Origin: Aureliella sp.
Lineage (GTDB): Bacteria; Planctomycetota; Planctomycetia; Pirellulales; Pirellulaceae
Assembly: GCA_963691875.1 (NCBI GenBank)
Contig: OY829846.1
Span: forward strand, 1-64,000
Direction: 5' to 3'
DNA length: 64,000 nucleotides
Shown here: positions 9,902 through 20,621 of the stretch, in pieces
How the letters are laid out: each line of letters starts with the position of its first letter
Position numbering within the stretch: the first letter of the stretch is position 1
Notes under the pieces: model-generated
Told to the model about the DNA's origin: nothing
Seen by the model: the letters and a program-made list of their open reading frames with translations, nothing else
Database searches by the model: none
Translations under genes and position numbers: made by a program

Positions 9902-11317
9902 ATGAAGACCTTTTTAATCCTTCGGTATATCACCTTTGCTATGGTTGTTAGTGCGATACCAACTTTGGCTCAAGCACAACTCAACGTATTGTTGATCTGC
10001 GTCGATGACCTTCGTCCGGAACTTGGATGCTACGGAGTCGACTACATCCTCAGTCCGAATATAGATGCATTGGCGGGCGAGGGGCAGTACTTTACTCGAC
10101 ACTACGTCCAAGCACCCACTTGCGGTGCCTCCCGATTCGCGTTGCTGACCGGGCGTTATGGTGGAGCTTCTAACGGAGCTTTGTTTGCTAGGGCCGGAAA
10201 GATAGCGGAGGGCGATGAGGTACCACCCAGTATGCCAGCTTGGTTCCGCCAGCACGGTTACACAACGGTGTCTGTCGGCAAAGTCTCTCATCATCCGGGG
10301 GGGCGTGGTGGTCGCGACTGGAATGACGACGAGCAGGTTGAAATGCCCAACTCGTGGGACCGGCATTTGCTGCCAGCAGGAGATTGGCAACATCCGCGTG
10401 GCTGGATGCACGGACTTGCCAACGGAGAGATACGTGGGAACGCCGACGAAATGGACGTATTTCAGGCATTGGAAGGACCAGATTCCATCTATCCAGATGG
10501 GGTATCGACGGATGAAGCCGTCAAACAGTTGAAGCGTCTCGCAAGTCGAGAAAAACCATTTTTTATGGCCTTCGGAATTCTGCGTCCGCACTTGCCGTTT
10601 GGGGCTCCAGAAAAGTACCTCGAGCCATATCGTGGACTGGAACTGCCCGCGATCCCGCATCCTGTGAAGCCGACTTGGCGAACTACTTGGCATGGTTCAG
10701 GCGAGTTCATGAAGTACAACCGTTGGCAGCGAAACCCGAATGAGGACGAAGTGTTTTCCGAGGAAGTGCGTAGACATTATGCCGCATGCGTTTCCTTTGC
10801 GGACGCACAGGTGGGACGAATCATCGCCACGCTAAAGGAAAGCGGGAAATGGGACAACACTGTCGTTGTCCTTTGGGGAGATCACGGCTGGCATTTGGGA
10901 GAGCATGCGGTCTGGGGCAAGCACACGTTGTTCGAAGAGTCGCTGCGTTCTCCGCTGATCTTGCGCTCGCCGAAGGTCCAGACTGTTTCTAAGGGCTGTT
11001 CGTCGATTGTTGAGACGATCGATGTATTTCCGACGCTGTGCGAATTGACGGGCCTTCCGGTTCCTGAATTCGCATGTGGTCAATCGTTGGCTGAGCATTT
11101 ACCGGCGGGAGAGGGACCAAGCCATGAAGCGATTTCCTATTCCAATAAAGCGCAGACTATTCGCACTGAGAAGTTTCGCTTGATTGCTCACAAGGACGGC
11201 TACAATGAGTTGTACAACTGGTCCGCCGTAGGTTCGGAAACTAAGAACGTTGCCACAGCAAACCCTGAGATCGTTGAAGCCCTGGGTAGCCAGCTGAAGA
11301 CGCGACTCGCGGACTGA
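9902..11317 (+). CDS. Sulfatase, iduronate-2-sulfatase-like
   Basis: Motifs [41 protein letters not shown]. Confidence 0.95.
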   Translation: MKTFLILRYITFAMVVSAIPTLAQAQLNVLLICVDDLRPELGCYGVDYILSPNIDALAGEGQYFTRHYVQAPTCGASRFALLTGRYGGASNGALFARAGKIAEGDEVPPSMPAWFRQHGYTTVSVGKVSHHPGGRGGRDWNDDEQVEMPNSWDRHLLPAGDWQHPRGWMHGLANGEIRGNADEMDVFQALEGPDSIYPDGVSTDEAVKQLKRLASREKPFFMAFGILRPHLPFGAPEKYLEPYRGLELPAIPHPVKPTWRTTWHGSGEFMKYNRWQRNPNEDEVFSEEVRRHYAACVSFADAQVGRIIATLKESGKWDNTVVVLWGDHGWHLGEHAVWGKHTLFEESLRSPLILRSPKVQTVSKGCSSIVETIDVFPTLCELTGLPVPEFACGQSLAEHLPAGEGPSHEAISYSNKAQTIRTEKFRLIAHKDGYNELYNWSAVGSETKNVATANPEIVEALGSQLKTRLAD

Positions 11318-11404
11318 ATCACCTGCGCTAGATTGGCTAGCTGTACATAAGTGTGCACCACTATGGGAGGAATGTAGCTTTAAGATAAACTGTTGCCGTG
11401 CGTC

Positions 11405-12066
11405 TCAGACGCCAAAACGTACTCTAGTTTTGCTTCTTACGATAGTGATTTCGCCTGCCTTGCATGACGCACGTGCTTTGGCTCAACTGCCGATTCAAGC
11501 CCCCCGATCCAACTTCGCCCTCGCATCAGCCTGTTTCTACCGTCAGTGAGACAACCACAGACCTGCGAGGCACGTCATCGCAGGTGGGGTGCAAGATGTT
11601 GTTTTGAAATTCGATAGGCTCAAAGGCTCTGTTCAAATCGGCAATCTATCACTTTACCCTTCACTGCAGATTGGACAGACGCTTTCCAACCGGGGTGCAG
11701 CAGCTGCGATTGACAATCGACTTCGACTTGCAGAGCATCGTGCGACGGTCGGGGCGCTTCAGGATAACTGTGCAAAGATTAAAAAATACGCCAGGGAAGA
11801 GGCAAGGCTCGCCCTCTCCGAGGCAAGTCTGGTAGTAGAACAGCGAGAAGCCGAACGCTAGCTCACTTTTGGGACACGTGAGGTGGGTCGGCGTTCGTTA
11901 GACGCCACGATGCAGTTGCAAAAACGGTGAAACGCTCAAGAAGTCTTTGGAAGAAGAGGTTGCCCGCGTTGAAAGGCACTTGGACCTCGAGATGCAGGGG
12001 CTCAACTTGCTGAATCAATTGCAACTAGTTCCGCCTGCTGCTGTTCCCGACGAAGCTGAAATTTAA
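11405..12066 (+). pseudogene. Degraded gene for a secreted, coiled-coil-rich protein
   Basis: Signal-peptide-like stretch RTLVLLLTIVISPALHDARALAQ, stops at 11547 (TGA) and 11859 (TAG), frame changes, and a terminal segment ETLKKSLEEEVARVERHLDLEMQGLNLLNQLQL...EAEI*. Confidence 0.5.
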
Positions 12067-12161
12067 GCGTAAGGGACTGGAAGGGAATTCCTGCCAGCCT
12101 CAAGGGGTACGTTTGTTTTGCACCCAGCCGCAGGCGTTTGCTGACTCTGGCACTCAATCTT

Positions 12162-12914
12162 TTAGATAATCCAAGACCAAATGCTGAAGAGCGTCACTGC
12201 GGCTGCTACAGAAGCCCATAACCAAGGGCGTCTTCGAAACGTCGGAAACTGCTCAGCGGCTCGCTCGGCCATCGTCGTTCGGAACTCGACTCGCGAATTG
12301 GCAAGCAGTTCAGCACCGATCATGTGGCTGCCGTCATACTCTTTGGACCAACGTGCAAGAGTTGTGAATTCGATCGACTCGCCTGTGATACCACACAAGA
12401 TTAGTTTGACATACTGTCCTTGTTCGATTTCTTCTTCGCAAGTAAACCGGATGCCTGTGTCAGAAAAGTCCAGAAGCTTCACAGGAATACGCGTTGCTTT
12501 GCCTTGAATCTGAACCTCGGCGTCGAGCTCCGTCTTTTGTCGAGCTGATCTCCGACGTTCGATTCCTCCAGCGATGCATAGCTGGTGGATAAAGTCATCA
12601 TTGATTGGGTCATCAGTAGCGCAACCGACGACCCAATTACCGCGATACTCCTTGAACCAACGAACCTCTGCAGCGAATCGCATATTGAGGCTTGGCTTGG
12701 ATTCTGAGAAGAACTCAAGTTCTACATTCTCTTCGAAGTTCAAGGGCGACTCGACAATGATTTTGATGCCGTTGTTCGACAGGTCGATTGGAACTGTGAT
12801 GCATTCCTCTGCATCTGGCGGGTCGTGTCGATGCACGAGAACTTGCAGGTCGGTTTCCTGAATCGGAAACCGCTGTTCTTTGCGTGAGATTGCGTTGGAA
12901 ATTGAGGCGTTCAT
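12162..12914 (-). CDS. Tandem PilZ-domain protein with C-terminal membrane anchor
   Basis: Two RxxxR + DxSxxG pairs (RKEQR/DLSNNG; RRSAR/DFSDTG) and a hydrophobic C-terminus. Confidence 0.88.
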   Translation of the reverse strand: MNASISNAISRKEQRFPIQETDLQVLVHRHDPPDAEECITVPIDLSNNGIKIIVESPLNFEENVELEFFSESKPSLNMRFAAEVRWFKEYRGNWVVGCATDDPINDDFIHQLCIAGGIERRRSARQKTELDAEVQIQGKATRIPVKLLDFSDTGIRFTCEEEIEQGQYVKLILCGITGESIEFTTLARWSKEYDGSHMIGAELLANSRVEFRTTMAERAAEQFPTFRRRPWLWASVAAAVTLFSIWSWII

Positions 12915-13259
12915 TCAACTACTCCGACCGACTGGCAGACACTTTTTCTCGTCTTTCTTACCATAGGGCGCGAGAAACGCCCTGCGTGCGAAACGCAAGA
13001 TGGCAAGTAGTTCCTTTTCGTAGTACGCAAATATGCCAGTGAGTTCTCACAGTCGTAGCGATCGCACCGGGCACAGGCTTCAAGACGAGAGCATCGAGTA
13101 GCAGGCCAATCCTGCAAAGGGGGCAAGTGACAACTTATGACCGATCTTCCTCGGGAAAGGTGTCTTTGATCGCTTAGTCCCTTATCAGGAATCCGCCATA
13201 TCTCACTTTGTTAGACTGGTTTGTCTCTCAAAATCTCTACTCGAAGTGGTTTTCTGCAA

Positions 13260-15824
13260 ATGCCCAAGTTCGTCATGTTATTGAGCCCAATGAGAATTCA
13301 GTGTTGCTTCTTTGCTTTTCTAATTGGCGTCCCCTGGGCAAGCTCGCAGGCTCAGGAACGTTTGTCGCTCGGGACGGGGCTGAACATCAAGAAAATCGCC
13401 GACAACGATTTGGTTCCTGATTGCAGCAGTTTGGCGACTGATTGGAACGACAGCATCGTTGTATCAGGTTCCGGCTACATCCGTCGACTTGTGGACGAAG
13501 ATGGAGATGGGGTCGCGGATCGAACACAAGAGCTCTTTAGCAATCTGCGTCACGCCGCGCAAGGATTGTACTTCGAACAACCCTATATGTATTTCGTCGC
13601 CAACAACGGAGTGTGGCGCCTGGATTTAGATGCGAAGTCCGGTGATCCAGAACGTCTGCTGGAGATCAAAACGGGTGGCGAGCACCATACTCATGCGCTG
13701 CGCCGCGGAACTGATGGGCTGTGGTATCTAATGATCGGTAACGGTGTAAATCTTGCCGGGCTACAGAATGTAGAAACAACCAAAATTCCGATTCCCCGAG
13801 CCGGCGTCATTTTGCAAATTTCAGAGGACTGGAAACAGCGTAGAGTATGGGCCCATGGGTTTCGCAACGCCTACGACTTTGACTTTGGAAGCGATAACAC
13901 AATACACACTTTCGATAGCGATGGAGAACGTGAAGTCTCGTTGCCGTGGTACCGCCCGACTCGTGTGTACTCTGTTGCTGAGGGAGACGATGCAGGCTGG
14001 GTGACTCGAAATTGGAAACGCCCCAACTACGATCCGGCCATGCCTGAAGTATTAGCCGAGTTTGGGCGTGGCTCTCCGACGGGAGTCATTCGGTATCACG
14101 ATGGATGTCTTCCATCGCGTTTTCATGATTCGACTATCGTGCTCGACTGGACGTTTGGACGTGTGCTTGCTGTTGATGGCGTTGGGCGCTGTGAGGTTCT
14201 GGTGGAGCCAGCAGGAACAGACGGATTCGCAGTCACTGATCTCGATCGATTGTCCGACGGCCGCATTGCAATCAGTGTTGGCGGAAGACGCAGTCGTGGA
14301 GGAGTGTATTTGTTGGCTCCGAGTGAAAACGAGCCACAGACCTCAAACAGCATGTCTTCGGTTTGGAAATACGAGAAACAGGATCTGGAACTGAATCGCG
14401 AGGCGAAGAACTCGTACGCGCAGCTGTTGGACGCAAAGGAGGGGGCTGCAATTCAGGTTGCTTTCCAGATGTTAGAATCCCAAAAAGGCACTGCCGATTG
14501 CTTGGCAGCCATGCGATATTTCATTGATCTGCAAGGTGGTCTCGGCGCTTCGGGAAAGACTGATACCCGTTCGCCTCATCAGCGGGCCGCAGTTTTCGAT
14601 GGCTACCGAGCCAGATATGCTCTGGGTGATGCAGTTTTGAAGCGACTCGAAAATGCGCTAATATCGCTGCTTCGGGATACCAGCTTCGCGGGGCCAGTTC
14701 ACGAAGAAGCGATCCGTGGACTGGCAATCCTAGGATCAGATTCTGCTGCTAGTCATTCAGTCCTGCTTGACGAGCTAGACAAAACTTCAGAGCCTTCGCG
14801 CCGTTTGCATCGGTTGATCGCATTAGCTCGTTTGGAAAAGCGTTGGGAGCCATCCCAACGCGATAAGATCTGCACGGCGTTGGTCGAAATCCCACAAGCG
14901 ATATCGGAAAGTGATCGGAAAGTCGATCGTAACTGGACACCACGACTTATCGAGTGTCTTCTTGCTTTGCAAGCAACCAATCCTATTATCGGTCAAGAAC
15001 TCGTTCGGCGTCCGCAATTCGGCCATCCCTCGCACTTCGTGTGGCTCGGCGCTCTCGACGGCAACTCACGCGAAGCGGCCGCGTCTCGGTGGATGTCAAA
15101 TCAAGCGGCCAGGGGCGATCGAGCAATTGCGTCATTCTTGCTTCAAAATGCATCAAGTTGGGGTACTGATACGCTTGTCCAATGGCGAGCTGAATTGTTG
15201 GATTCCCCTGAGACCGAAGCTATAGCCTGGCAGTTGATACTTCGTGATCCTAAGAAGGGCCATCTAACTGAGTTGCGGAGGGCTGCAGCGAGTTGGGACA
15301 AGAAGCTCAGCCAGAGAGCCAACGAGGCAATTTTTCGACTTACTGGAAAACGCGAATTACATCAGCCTCCGTCGGCCAGTCGCAACTATTGGTTGACGCA
15401 ACTCTCTACAATCAAAAGTATTGATAGCGATGCCGCGCGCGGCAAGAGTATCTTCGCAGCTCGACAGTGCGCACGCTGCCATGATTCTGCTCAAGCACTT
15501 GGACCGTCATTGCAGGGCATTAGCAAACGTTTCGGCACGAAAGACCTCCTACTCGCTACCGTTGATCCAAATGAAGCGATCCCGGATCGATACCGTGGAG
15601 TCAGAGTATTGACGGTGGACGGAAAAGTAATCCGCGGCCTTAAAGTCTACGATAGCGTAGACGGGCTAACGTTGCAGACTCCAGAAGGAGAAACGAAGCG
15701 CATCAATGCCGAGGACATTCTGAGACAGCAACCAGCGACTCAATCCTTAATGCCAACCGGCTTGCTCGACGGAGCGACGACTAGAGATGTAGCGGACCTT
15801 ATCTCGTACTTAAAATCTCTGTAG
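13260..15824 (+). CDS. PVC-type heme-binding CxxCH protein (beta-propeller dehydrogenase-like + cytochrome c)
   Basis: Motifs DEDGDGVAD, GFRNAYD, GRGSPTG and C-terminal RGKSIF...CARCH...GPSL...SLMPTGL...DLISYL. The start could be any of 13221-13290. Confidence 0.9.
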   Translation: MPKFVMLLSPMRIQCCFFAFLIGVPWASSQAQERLSLGTGLNIKKIADNDLVPDCSSLATDWNDSIVVSGSGYIRRLVDEDGDGVADRTQELFSNLRHAAQGLYFEQPYMYFVANNGVWRLDLDAKSGDPERLLEIKTGGEHHTHALRRGTDGLWYLMIGNGVNLAGLQNVETTKIPIPRAGVILQISEDWKQRRVWAHGFRNAYDFDFGSDNTIHTFDSDGEREVSLPWYRPTRVYSVAEGDDAGWVTRNWKRPNYDPAMPEVLAEFGRGSPTGVIRYHDGCLPSRFHDSTIVLDWTFGRVLAVDGVGRCEVLVEPAGTDGFAVTDLDRLSDGRIAISVGGRRSRGGVYLLAPSENEPQTSNSMSSVWKYEKQDLELNREAKNSYAQLLDAKEGAAIQVAFQMLESQKGTADCLAAMRYFIDLQGGLGASGKTDTRSPHQRAAVFDGYRARYALGDAVLKRLENALISLLRDTSFAGPVHEEAIRGLAILGSDSAASHSVLLDELDKTSEPSRRLHRLIALARLEKRWEPSQRDKICTALVEIPQAISESDRKVDRNWTPRLIECLLALQATNPIIGQELVRRPQFGHPSHFVWLGALDGNSREAAASRWMSNQAARGDRAIASFLLQNASSWGTDTLVQWRAELLDSPETEAIAWQLILRDPKKGHLTELRRAAASWDKKLSQRANEAIFRLTGKRELHQPPSASRNYWLTQLSTIKSIDSDAARGKSIFAARQCARCHDSAQALGPSLQGISKRFGTKDLLLATVDPNEAIPDRYRGVRVLTVDGKVIRGLKVYDSVDGLTLQTPEGETKRINAEDILRQQPATQSLMPTGLLDGATTRDVADLISYLKSL

Positions 15825-15851
15825 CAAGTAACTGTACAAGGTGCTCTCACT

Positions 15852-16499
15852 TTAGTTTCCATCTTTTCCGCCTTGGAGAAAAATACGAGCGGAGGCGGCG
15901 ACTAGTATGGGAACAGCGATAGCGATACCGAGTGCGAAGGGCAACCATTGATTTCGCTCCGCAAAGTCGCCGAACCAAGCATAGGCAACGGAAACACCGA
16001 GATTGCTGAGGAGTATCGCAGGCAAGAAGCGTTTCCAACTGAGTTGGTGTATTCCGGCGATCAGCACACTCGCTTCGGCGAAAACTGGCATCGCGCGGGT
16101 CAATACTAGAACCAGCGGTCCGTAGCGGTGACTAACTTGCTGCATACGTTCTAGGTCTCCGCTCGAGCTAAACCAGAGAGCCAATGACTTGCCCCACCTC
16201 AGCGCGAGCGCAAATCCCAGAAATGCACCTAGGTTCATTCCAAGCCAAGTTGCAATGGTTCCCCACATCACTCCCAGCTGCCAGCCACTGAGAGTGCTGA
16301 TCACACTGGAAGGGATGGGGAGAAAAATGTCGGTGGAGAGGAGTCCGACGACTAGCCAGAAAGAGAGCTGGGGCGATGGCGGGTTCTCTGAGATGCCTCG
16401 CAGCCAATCCTCTAATTGACCACCGAAGAATAGGAATGGCACGATAGGCACAAGTAGAACTGCGCACATGAGCGGGAAGGTGCGAAAAAGCTCACGCAT
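15852..16499 (-). CDS. TVP38/TMEM64 (VTT/DedA) family membrane protein
   Basis: Motifs DIFLPIPSS, G.NLGA..GF.LA, LTRAMPVFAE, F..AILLSN. Confidence 0.88.
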   Translation of the reverse strand: MRELFRTFPLMCAVLLVPIVPFLFFGGQLEDWLRGISENPPSPQLSFWLVVGLLSTDIFLPIPSSVISTLSGWQLGVMWGTIATWLGMNLGAFLGFALALRWGKSLALWFSSSGDLERMQQVSHRYGPLVLVLTRAMPVFAEASVLIAGIHQLSWKRFLPAILLSNLGVSVAYAWFGDFAERNQWLPFALGIAIAVPILVAASARIFLQGGKDGN

Positions 16500-16949
16500 C
16501 TACTCGACCGGTTCGACTTCATGGTATTCGAGCGCCCATTCCCGCATGAATCGCACTCTTTTTGGCCGAATGCAGTAAACAAGCAATTCTGGGTTATCGA
16601 TGCTGCCAAGATAATTCCTCAGCAGCGGGTTGCTATCCCATATTTCTTGGAGAGTCGATCGATCGTCAATAGTTTCTGCCACTCCGGTGATTCGCACCTG
16701 ATCATGTTCCGCATTCAAGTAGCACAATTCGACTTTTGGGTTGGCAGCGATTTCAAGCGTTTTATGGTAGCTCTTCAAATTCGCAACATAGACGGTGAAC
16801 TCATTCGTGCGCACCGGAGAAACCGGTCGTAATCGCGGTTGGTCTCCTTCAACAGTTGCGAGTTGAGGGAAACGATCCTCAGCGATAACCGCGAGCGCCA
16901 GCCCGCGTACTCGACTTGGATCGATCGGCTTAGGTTGCGGTTTTGCCAC
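16500..16949 (-). CDS. Pyridoxamine 5'-phosphate oxidase family (FMN-binding split barrel) protein
   Basis: Motifs LATVEGDQPRLRP, K..EIAANPKVELC, QVRITGVA. Confidence 0.9.
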   Translation of the reverse strand: MAKPQPKPIDPSRVRGLALAVIAEDRFPQLATVEGDQPRLRPVSPVRTNEFTVYVANLKSYHKTLEIAANPKVELCYLNAEHDQVRITGVAETIDDRSTLQEIWDSNPLLRNYLGSIDNPELLVYCIRPKRVRFMREWALEYHEVEPVE

Positions 16950-16994
16950 TAGAGGGTGATCACTGGGGTTGTGTTTCTAAAAAATCTTGCAGGC

Positions 16995-18017
16995 TCAATC
17001 CAAATCTTTTCGCAAAAGCAGGTTAAGCTGCTTCGTGCCGGCCGTCTCGTAGAGCATGACATCGGCTTCAGCCCAAACTTGTTTTCGCCGTGAGTCTTTT
17101 TTGTTCTGAAGCTGTGTGCCAGCTTCCGATGGAGTCGGGCACTCCTCGCAAAGGTTGGCCACGAATTTTGGATCTAAGCCGCCGGACGATCCAACCAAAA
17201 TCATGGCATCTTGGCCGACCAAGCTTTCAGCCAGCATGTAAAACTCGCGAGAGCAACTGTTCATGATCGTGAGGACACCAGACGAACACTGGGAGACGAC
17301 TCCGTCCTTTTTCAAGTCTTCGATCAACTCTTTGTCGAAAGCTCGAATGCGGTCTTGACTAACAATGGCGGTCATTGCGAAGTCGCGTTCCAGTTTTTTC
17401 AATACAACCGAAATCGAGTGCTCTGACTGTGCCCCCTTGGCTTGGCAATAAAAGCCAGTTGCACCAGAGTGCTCAAACCTCATTTTCCTCCACCACGGCG
17501 TGGAAGAATTTCGGCTTGAGTCCTTGCTGCTGCCGTTAACTCGATTTGTCGAATCGTCGTCCATACGAATCTTGCGAGCCACTGAGGAGTCATTCTCAGA
17601 GGCAAGTCGCGAATCGTGTTTTGCAGAATCACGAACGGAGTCTACTGAGTCAGTCGAAGTGCCAACGGCTTCAATGGAGCTGGTTTGCAGGGAAAGAGCA
17701 GGCGTTGGGCTGTCCGTACCTTGGATGATAGAAACTGCGAATTGCGTTTCACCCGCTTTGACGATGTCGCCATTGCAAAGTTCGATCGAGGAAACTTTGG
17801 CCCCGTTTACAAACGTATGATTGACGCTTCCGGCATCTCTAATCCGAAAACCATCCTCCCGACCTTCTAAAATCAGGTGGTGGCGGGACATGTGCTTGTC
17901 GGTTGGAACTGAAAAATCGGCCGTAGAGATACGACCTATCTCCAGTTTTTCATTCGCACGAATCCAGAAACGCCTTCCGCGAGCTGGACCATCTGTCACA
18001 TCAAAAACGCAAATCAT
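16995..18017 (-). CDS. FHA-domain protein
   Basis: IGR...D.HMSR.H...RDAGSVNHTFVNG...L.NGD.V.AG, followed by a Ser-rich linker and a C-terminal domain. Confidence 0.9.
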   Translation of the reverse strand: MICVFDVTDGPARGRRFWIRANEKLEIGRISTADFSVPTDKHMSRHHLILEGREDGFRIRDAGSVNHTFVNGAKVSSIELCNGDIVKAGETQFAVSIIQGTDSPTPALSLQTSSIEAVGTSTDSVDSVRDSAKHDSRLASENDSSVARKIRMDDDSTNRVNGSSKDSSRNSSTPWWRKMRFEHSGATGFYCQAKGAQSEHSISVVLKKLERDFAMTAIVSQDRIRAFDKELIEDLKKDGVVSQCSSGVLTIMNSCSREFYMLAESLVGQDAMILVGSSGGLDPKFVANLCEECPTPSEAGTQLQNKKDSRRKQVWAEADVMLYETAGTKQLNLLLRKDLD

Positions 18018-18294
18018 GAACGAGCAGTTCGACTTCGCTACTAGGCAAGAGGGCCAAGAGTCACAATTACAACAAATTGACTCCCCCCTAAGTCTAGAAC
18101 GTGGCTCGACCGATTTCTAGACGATTGCCGATGGATAGGAGCGAGTGGGCAACTCAATTAGCGTCGGCAAGTTCGGTAACCCGCATTTTGTGAAGGTGCC
18201 AAAACGAAAAAGTTACCAATATTGCCCAGATCCGCATCTGATTCATTTCGGTCAGGAATCCGATAGTTTCTTCGCTAAGCCTTCCGTTTGTTGC

Positions 18295-18609
18295 TTAATG
18301 TTTGTTGCTTAATGTTTCCTTCCAAGCAAAAATTGCCGCATCGATCTGTTCGGAGCACTGCTCAGAAACCTTCCGGGCTTTGAAGATCGATTTGCTCCCT
18401 TTCGCTATCGGTACGCGGCGGTCGCTACTCTCCGCTAAGCGATCTAAGTTAGGCGTGCCTTGTTCTGCGTAACTTTCGCGTTCGGCTGCATTCGGTACAA
18501 TCGCGAACAAGTCGTCAAAGACTGTGTGACCGCAGTGCACATAGAGCGTTAAGCCATGATCGACGTCAAGCAAGAACCATGCTCTTGGTCTGCACTCTCG
18601 AACTCGCAA
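18295..18609 (-). CDS. Hypothetical protein, possibly decaying
   Basis: 104-aa ORF with protein-like composition filling the gap between genes. Confidence 0.45.
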   Translation of the reverse strand: MRVRECRPRAWFLLDVDHGLTLYVHCGHTVFDDLFAIVPNAAERESYAEQGTPNLDRLAESSDRRVPIAKGSKSIFKARKVSEQCSEQIDAAIFAWKETLSNKH

Positions 18610-18779
18610 ACATTTTCCGCGAATGCCTGAGAAGTATCGGTTAGAGGCTAGGGGTAAATCGAAGCGCCGCCGAGGCGACTAGGGCACAGCACTCGTGACG
18701 CACGCTGGCTCGAATCCCGCCTAGGATACCTCGTCCGCAGGGACTTAGCAGGACGCGTTGGAGCCGAATCGAAGCAAGG

Positions 18780-19349
18780 CTATCTCGGACCAGGTTGGTC
18801 GGGCACAACTCGAAAGCCAACGGCTTTGCCTTGGAATTTCGGTGGTAGGCGTTTCTTGAAAAAGCTACCAAAGTCGAGAAATAATAGATCTTGTTCTGGC
18901 GTGACGCCCCGAATATGACTGATCTTAGCTGCATTTATCACCTTTGACTGGTCACCAAGCCACAGGTAGGTTGTTCCTTCCTTACTTGTGACGAAGAACA
19001 GATGATCGTTGTTACCCCCTTCTTTCTCTTTCCACTGACCGGCGGCAACGATCTGATGCTTCATCAGACTGGTTCTATTCTGAACTGCAAGGATCAGGTC
19101 TTTACCTAACGCTTTGATTGCCACTTCCTTCGAGATCAAGAACTCGAAATGAAGTTTTAGGGGGCACTCCAGTTCTTTCAATTCCTTCTGCTTGTAACCT
19201 AGCAATAGGCAGAGTTCTGGTGCCGCTTTCCACCGGCCAGACCACTCAGGATGATCGGACCAAGCGTCCTATGCTAGCGTGATGCCGGGCGCAAAAGAAG
19301 TCAAAACTAGAAATGTGGCAAGCCAACGAATGCAATCGAATGAGGGCAT
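18780..19349 (-). pseudogene. Secreted hypothetical protein interrupted by one TAG (19269-19271)
   Basis: ATG at 19349 overlaps the upstream stop (TAATG). MPSFDCIRWLATFLVLTSFAPGITLA*DAWSDHPEWSGRW continues in frame into ORF 18780..19205. Confidence 0.75.
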
Positions 19350-19984
19350 TATTTGTTTTCGTTTTTCTTGTTGAGGAATGGGACGGGACGCAGCTTTAAT
19401 TCCTTGACACTCTGCAGGTATTCAAGGACAGGTACTGCATCCTTTTGGCCAACTTGTGCATGGAAGTGTAAATTAAATCCGTGTGGGCCGGGAACGTCGA
19501 TCAGTTTGGGTTCCAAGGTGAGCATGGCTTGGACTACTTCAAGCATTCCCATCATAGCCGCGCAGAAAATGTCGATTCGAGCGCCTTTGGACAGCAGGAA
19601 GCGGACAATCTCCTTCCTGCCCATATGAGAAGCGCCGCCGAGTGCCGTCTCAAAATCACCGTTGCCCCAATCCATTGCTGAGTTGATTAGTTTAGGCTCA
19701 CGTTCTAGGAGCTTTTCAACCATCTTCAAGTCGGAATGCGCAAAGATGACGAAGTCCTGCACCAAAGTTCGGTTAAGTTGAGGGGCCTTCCAACTTGGCT
19801 TGAAAGCGGGTGGCTCATAGTCGCGACTGAACTCGGCTTCTCGCGGTCCAACATTTGCACCAGGACCTGGTTTTGACTTCTCCTTTGCATCTTCGGGTAT
19901 TGTATTGCTGGCGATTGCCGCAGTTCCAAGACCTAACGTGAGGGCAGAAGATCCCAGTATTGCCTTTCGGCGGTCAAACCTCAT
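19349..19984 (-). CDS. Tat-exported ankyrin-repeat protein
   Basis: Probable start MRFDRRKAILGSSAL (twin arginine) and ankyrin motif ETALGGASHMGRKEIVRFLLSKGA. Confidence 0.85.
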   Translation of the reverse strand: MRFDRRKAILGSSALTLGLGTAAIASNTIPEDAKEKSKPGPGANVGPREAEFSRDYEPPAFKPSWKAPQLNRTLVQDFVIFAHSDLKMVEKLLEREPKLINSAMDWGNGDFETALGGASHMGRKEIVRFLLSKGARIDIFCAAMMGMLEVVQAMLTLEPKLIDVPGPHGFNLHFHAQVGQKDAVPVLEYLQSVKELKLRPVPFLNKKNENK

Positions 19985-20621
19985 TCCCAAATTACCCCGT
20001 AGCGAGTGATGATTGCGTTCGATTTCCCTTCTCATTATAGCCCTGCAGAGGATATGAGTATTGCCATGCAAAATCGAAAAAGATGGCTCGTTTCTTGCTT
20101 CGTAATTCGGCTTCCAGAGAGGCCAAGATCGCCACTCTGACTCTTGCCGTAATCTATGGGAAACACGCACTTGGAGACAATCACGGCGTTTCGGGAAAAT
20201 ACCATTTCTTTGGCACGAACATCTGGCTTGGCTCCGAATAATTTCACGCGACAGAAGACCATCCAAGTGCTTTTCGCAAAGTAAGGCTCGACGAAAGCCG
20301 GCAGTTGTCGAAGCACGTACTGGTCGTGATCGCGATTCGACCAAATATCATTCCATTCCATAGAGCAGGAATCATTTCGTGATACTAAAGTCGAAGCAGC
20401 GCAATTGCTGCGTCTCAGATTGAGGTGATTGTATTCGGATCGCTAAATTGAGTTCCGTAACTAGTTCTGACGCCTACGAAGCCGAGGGACGACCATAAGG
20501 CCAAATTTGCATTAGCGCATGCAATTTCGAATGTAGTTTTGTGAGTTTAGACAACCTTCCGCAGTAGGGAGACTAAGGTCATCTTTCAAAATCCCGGACG
20601 CAGCTGCTTGCGATCGTTTTC

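Noticed and set aside
19985..20361. N-terminal extension of the ankyrin ORF and overlapping 108-aa ORF
   Set aside because: The extension precedes a clear Tat signal and looks non-coding. The 108-aa ORF has no recognisable features.
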